A program made the position numbers and the translations under genes. From the sequence record DRR723986_22395: DNA of 64,000 bases, one strand, 5' to 3'. The notes under the pieces are model-generated. The model did no database searches. It had not been told where the DNA came from and saw only the letters and a list, made by a program, of their open reading frames with translations. Positions 60,372 to 64,000 of this stretch are shown here, piece by piece. The number at the start of each line of letters is the position of its first letter. Position 1 is the first letter of the stretch.

Positions 60372-60599
60372 ATGATCGTTACAGCTGATTCTATACCTGT
60401 CACCCGGGCAGCAATTATAAAAGAAATTTTAGATTCTCCATTGAAAATCAACTTGATGGAGCTTGGGTTTTTGCCTGGGAAAACAATCACCCTGCATCAT
60501 TCCGCTCCAATGGGAGGACCTATGGCATTCAAGCTTGATGAAACTATACTCGCCCTTAGAAAAACCGAAGCTTCACTCATTGAAGTACAATTGCTCTGA
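60372..60599 (+). CDS. feoA: Ferrous iron transport protein A
   Basis: LMELGFLPG...APMGGP...ALRKTEA. Confidence 0.92.
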   Translation: MIVTADSIPVTRAAIIKEILDSPLKINLMELGFLPGKTITLHHSAPMGGPMAFKLDETILALRKTEASLIEVQLL

Positions 60600-60604
60600 A
60601 TTTC

Positions 60605-62734
60605 ATGACCGAGTCAACAATTCCCTCCCAAGTCAAATCTCCAAAAATCGCCATCATCGGGAATCCGAATGTTGGTAAATCAACTATTTTCAATCAACTC
60701 ACCGGATTAAACCAAAAAATCGGTAATTATCCTGGAGTGACTGTAGATAAAAGGACCGGTTCTATGGTGTATCATGGGTCAAACTATGAGATCATTGACC
60801 TACCCGGAACTTATAGTCTATACCCAAACTCGGAAGATGAAATCATAGCGCATCGAGTTCTGAACCAGTTGAGTGAAGAGGAGAAGCCAGATTTCGTATT
60901 AATGGTAATTGATTCCTGCCAGCTTTCTCGAGGACTATTCTTGGCTACTCAATTAATCGATTTGGGCTTAAATATGGCCTTGGTGCTAAATATGGCTGAC
61001 ATTGCCACCAGGAAAAATATTGCGATTAAAACCTTTGAGATTTTCAAAGCCCTAGGAGTGCCTATTTTGAGCACAGATGCCAGGGGAGAAAAAGGTTTGG
61101 ACCAAATTCGTGAGTTAATTCATCAACAAAACTTTAGTAAGAAATCGTCTTTTATAACCATTGAAGAGGTAGTTCCTGGTAACATACTAAATGAAGTAAA
61201 AGAAAAATTTGAATTTTCGAACTCCTATCAGGCATATCAAATGCTTCGTTTTGGAGAAAAAGATAAAACCATTTCATTGGAAAACAGAAGTTGGATCAAG
61301 GCAAAACTTGAAGAAACCAACTTTAACCTTGAAAAAGCACAGCTCGAGGAAACCAAAATTCGATATAGAATTATCACCTCAATTGTAGAAAAAGCAGTAG
61401 TAAAAACTCCTGATGTAAAGAAGGAGTCTGGAATTGATAAAATCCTACTCCATCCAGTATTTGGTTATGTCATATTTGGAGGAATTTTATTGGTGATCTT
61501 TCAGGCGATTTTTGCTTGGGCTTCTGTGCCTATGGATTTGATAGATGGATTTTTTGCTGAGCTTGCCGGCTCTGTTTCCAGCCTACTACCTGAAGGACCA
61601 CTCTCCAGTTTAATAACTGAAGGCATAATACCGGGCATAGGGGGAGTAGTAATATTTATCCCTCAGATCGCTATGCTTTTTGGTTTTCTTGCTATTCTGG
61701 AAGATACCGGATATATGTCCAGAGTGGTATTTCTGATGGATCGTTGGATGCGTCCATTTGGACTTCATGGCAAAAGTATAGTTCCCTTAGTATCAGGCGT
61801 CGCCTGCGCTATTCCTGGGGTAATGGCTGCTAGGAACATTGGCAATTGGAAGGAAAAAATCATCACCATAATGGTGACCCCATTGATGAGTTGCTCTGCC
61901 AGACTTCCTGTGTACGTGATTCTAATAGGATTGGTAGTCCCTAACGAACTTGTTTTTGGTTTTGTAAACCTTCAAGCGCTTACTTTACTAGGACTTTATT
62001 TATTAGGAGTTATAGGTGTATTATTCACTGCTTTGCTTCTGAAAAACATCCTGAAAACTGAGGAGAAAAGCTTCCTTATGGTAGAGCTTCCTACTTATCG
62101 CGCCCCTCGTTGGTTAGACGTACTGATGACCATGTACAATAAGTCCAAAACTTTTGTGTTTGAGGCTGGTAAAGTTATCCTTGCGATTTCAGTAATACTT
62201 TGGGTATTGGCTTCCTATGGCCCGCCTGAGAGAATGGATTCTATTCGAGCTGAAAGCGAAGTGAAATTAGCGCAGGCAACTCCCGAGGAAATTCCTGAAA
62301 TCGAAAATGAGACTTCTTCCCTCCTACTTGAGAACTCTTTCATTGGGATTATGGGAAGAGCAATTGAGCCGGTAATCCGACCATTAGGATACGATTGGAA
62401 AATTGGAATCGCATTGATTGCATCATTTGCAGCACGTGAAGTGTTTGTATCAACAATTGCTACTATATATAGCATAGGGGCAGATACAGAAGATGAGCTT
62501 ACTATCCGACAAAAATTGAATCAGCAAATCAATCCTACAACTGGAGATAAAGTTTATAATAAAGCCACCGCATTTTCACTGATGGTATTCTACGCATTCG
62601 CCATGCAGTGTATGAGTACGCTTGCCGTGGTGTATAGGGAAACCAAAGGCTGGAAATGGCCGTTGATTCAGACAGTATATATGACTGCACTGGCCTATTT
62701 ATCGGCCTTGCTGGTCTATCAAATTTTATCCTAA
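60605..62734 (+). CDS. feoB: Ferrous iron transport protein B
   Basis: GNPNVGKST, NYPGVTV, DLPG, NMAD, MSCSARLP, gate domains. Confidence 0.96.
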   Translation: MTESTIPSQVKSPKIAIIGNPNVGKSTIFNQLTGLNQKIGNYPGVTVDKRTGSMVYHGSNYEIIDLPGTYSLYPNSEDEIIAHRVLNQLSEEEKPDFVLMVIDSCQLSRGLFLATQLIDLGLNMALVLNMADIATRKNIAIKTFEIFKALGVPILSTDARGEKGLDQIRELIHQQNFSKKSSFITIEEVVPGNILNEVKEKFEFSNSYQAYQMLRFGEKDKTISLENRSWIKAKLEETNFNLEKAQLEETKIRYRIITSIVEKAVVKTPDVKKESGIDKILLHPVFGYVIFGGILLVIFQAIFAWASVPMDLIDGFFAELAGSVSSLLPEGPLSSLITEGIIPGIGGVVIFIPQIAMLFGFLAILEDTGYMSRVVFLMDRWMRPFGLHGKSIVPLVSGVACAIPGVMAARNIGNWKEKIITIMVTPLMSCSARLPVYVILIGLVVPNELVFGFVNLQALTLLGLYLLGVIGVLFTALLLKNILKTEEKSFLMVELPTYRAPRWLDVLMTMYNKSKTFVFEAGKVILAISVILWVLASYGPPERMDSIRAESEVKLAQATPEEIPEIENETSSLLLENSFIGIMGRAIEPVIRPLGYDWKIGIALIASFAAREVFVSTIATIYSIGADTEDELTIRQKLNQQINPTTGDKVYNKATAFSLMVFYAFAMQCMSTLAVVYRETKGWKWPLIQTVYMTALAYLSALLVYQILS

Positions 62735-62735
62735 T

Positions 62736-62852
62736 ATGTGGCAGGAAATCATCGTTGGAGTAGTAGTTATAGCAGCTTTGGCTTTTTTGGTAAAGAAGTA
62801 TTTCTTCAAATCAAAAACTGAAGCTGGATGTGATAAATGTGCCAAACCTTGA
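62736..62852 (+). CDS. FeoB-associated Cys-rich small membrane protein (38 aa; not in the ORF track)
   Basis: MWQEIIVGVVVIAALAFLVKKYFFKSKTEAGCDKCAKP*, starting 1 nt after the feoB stop; one TM helix plus GCxxC. Confidence 0.85.
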   Translation: MWQEIIVGVVVIAALAFLVKKYFFKSKTEAGCDKCAKP

Positions 62853-62903
62853 TTTTTACACTAAATAATCTCTTAATGCTAGTTTTTTGATACTTTTAGG
62901 CTC

Positions 62904-64000
62904 ATGGGCAAAGTAGCCAAGCAGAGTATTCAAACCGCCTTTTTTTCTTACCTGGGAGTAGTGATAGGGTATGTCAATGTACTTTGGCTCTATCCTTATG
63001 CCTTAGATGCTTCTGAGTTAGGTGCCTTTCGCACAATCCAGGACTTAGGATTACTATTCGTTCCTTTTGCCCAGCTTGGAGTTGGACATGGGATAACTCG
63101 ATTTTTCCCTCAGCTCAAATCAAATCAATCAGCTTTCCTAAGTTATGGCTTAGTCTTTTCCATGGCTGGTTTCGCATTGGTAAGCGCTATTTTTTTAGGT
63201 TTTAGGACTGAAATCATCAATCTTTTTGCGGTAAATTCCCCTGAAGTAATTGACTTTTTCGGAGTGGTTCTTTTGATCACACTTTTTGCGCTATTGAGTA
63301 GTATCCTAGACGCTTATAGTCGGTCTTATGTAAAAGTCGCAGTACCTACACTAGTTAGAGAAGTATTTCTTCGTTTACTCACAGGAATTCTCGTAGGCGC
63401 TTACCTTCTTAAATGGATCAGTTTCCAACAGGTAATGCAAGGCCTGGTGCTAGTGTATGGATTAGCTTTTTTAGGCGTATTAGTCTATTTACTTTGGCTT
63501 AGAGTACTAAAATTAGATTTCCATTGGAATACTTTTCCGAAAGGTTTTCGAACCTCTTTCATTGGCTTTAGTCTGATCACTTTTCTTGCTACCGCAGCCT
63601 CCACCTTAATCATGAAGATAGACAGCATCATGGTGAGTTCTATGATCAGTCTTGAAGCAAATGCCATTTACACCATAGCTTTTAGTATGGCTTTGGTGAT
63701 AGAATTACCTCGTAGAGCCATCTCTCAGGTGGTAATGCCAGTCATTGCAGATCATTTTGCAACTGGAAACTTAGGAGAAATCAACAAGCTGTATAAGCAG
63801 ATTTCAAATCGCCAACTTTATATCTGCTTACTTCTTTTCATTGGGTTATGGGCCAACTTGGATGCATTGTATTTTTTTATTCCAAACCGGGAAATCTATG
63901 AGGCAGGAAAGCATGTGGTAGTTCTGATTGGCTTTGGAAAACTGCTTGATGTTGTATTCTCCGTCAATGGTGAAATCTTAGTTTTCTCAAAGCATTATCG
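62904..64000 (+). CDS. Polysaccharide/oligosaccharide flippase (Wzx-like), truncated at the window end
   Basis: MGKVAKQSIQTAFFSYLGVVIGYVN... reads open to the window end; multiple TM segments, KIDSIMV. Confidence 0.8.
   Translation, partial: MGKVAKQSIQTAFFSYLGVVIGYVNVLWLYPYALDASELGAFRTIQDLGLLFVPFAQLGVGHGITRFFPQLKSNQSAFLSYGLVFSMAGFALVSAIFLGFRTEIINLFAVNSPEVIDFFGVVLLITLFALLSSILDAYSRSYVKVAVPTLVREVFLRLLTGILVGAYLLKWISFQQVMQGLVLVYGLAFLGVLVYLLWLRVLKLDFHWNTFPKGFRTSFIGFSLITFLATAASTLIMKIDSIMVSSMISLEANAIYTIAFSMALVIELPRRAISQVVMPVIADHFATGNLGEINKLYKQISNRQLYICLLLFIGLWANLDALYFFIPNREIYEAGKHVVVLIGFGKLLDVVFSVNGEILVFSKHY

Noticed and set aside
430-63667. Numerous short ORF-track entries overlapping or antisense to the long genes
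   Set aside because: Shadow ORFs of well-supported CDSs, with no independent motifs or expression signals.

Overview
A 64-kb chromosomal window from a Bacteroidota genome, most likely Cytophagales/Cyclobacteriaceae (Algoriphagus-like). This is an inference from gene content, TAnnTTTG promoters and the split metH. Most of it is housekeeping: deaD, rsmE, dprA, HMG-CoA lyase, a SAM-I riboswitch-controlled split metH-metF operon, aceK, gatC, ilvE, frameshifted prfB, feoAB and several transporters. No rRNA, tRNA, CRISPR array, transposase or integrase was found. The items most worth following up are: (1) two giant co-oriented genes (1766 and 1376 aa, 49921-59582) with no recognisable family and no signal peptide, lying between crp and feoAB; (2) an unannotated 78-102 bp dispersed element present three times (26-103, 36341-36442, 54082-54183), colinear, with conserved ends and a variable centre that still forms a hairpin, one copy lying between the two giant genes; (3) aceK outside an aceBAK context, clustered with a CBM-esterase, an M17 peptidase and an ATP-grasp ligase; (4) candidate small RNA, leader-peptide and REP-like elements. 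All calls were made by eye, without database searches.
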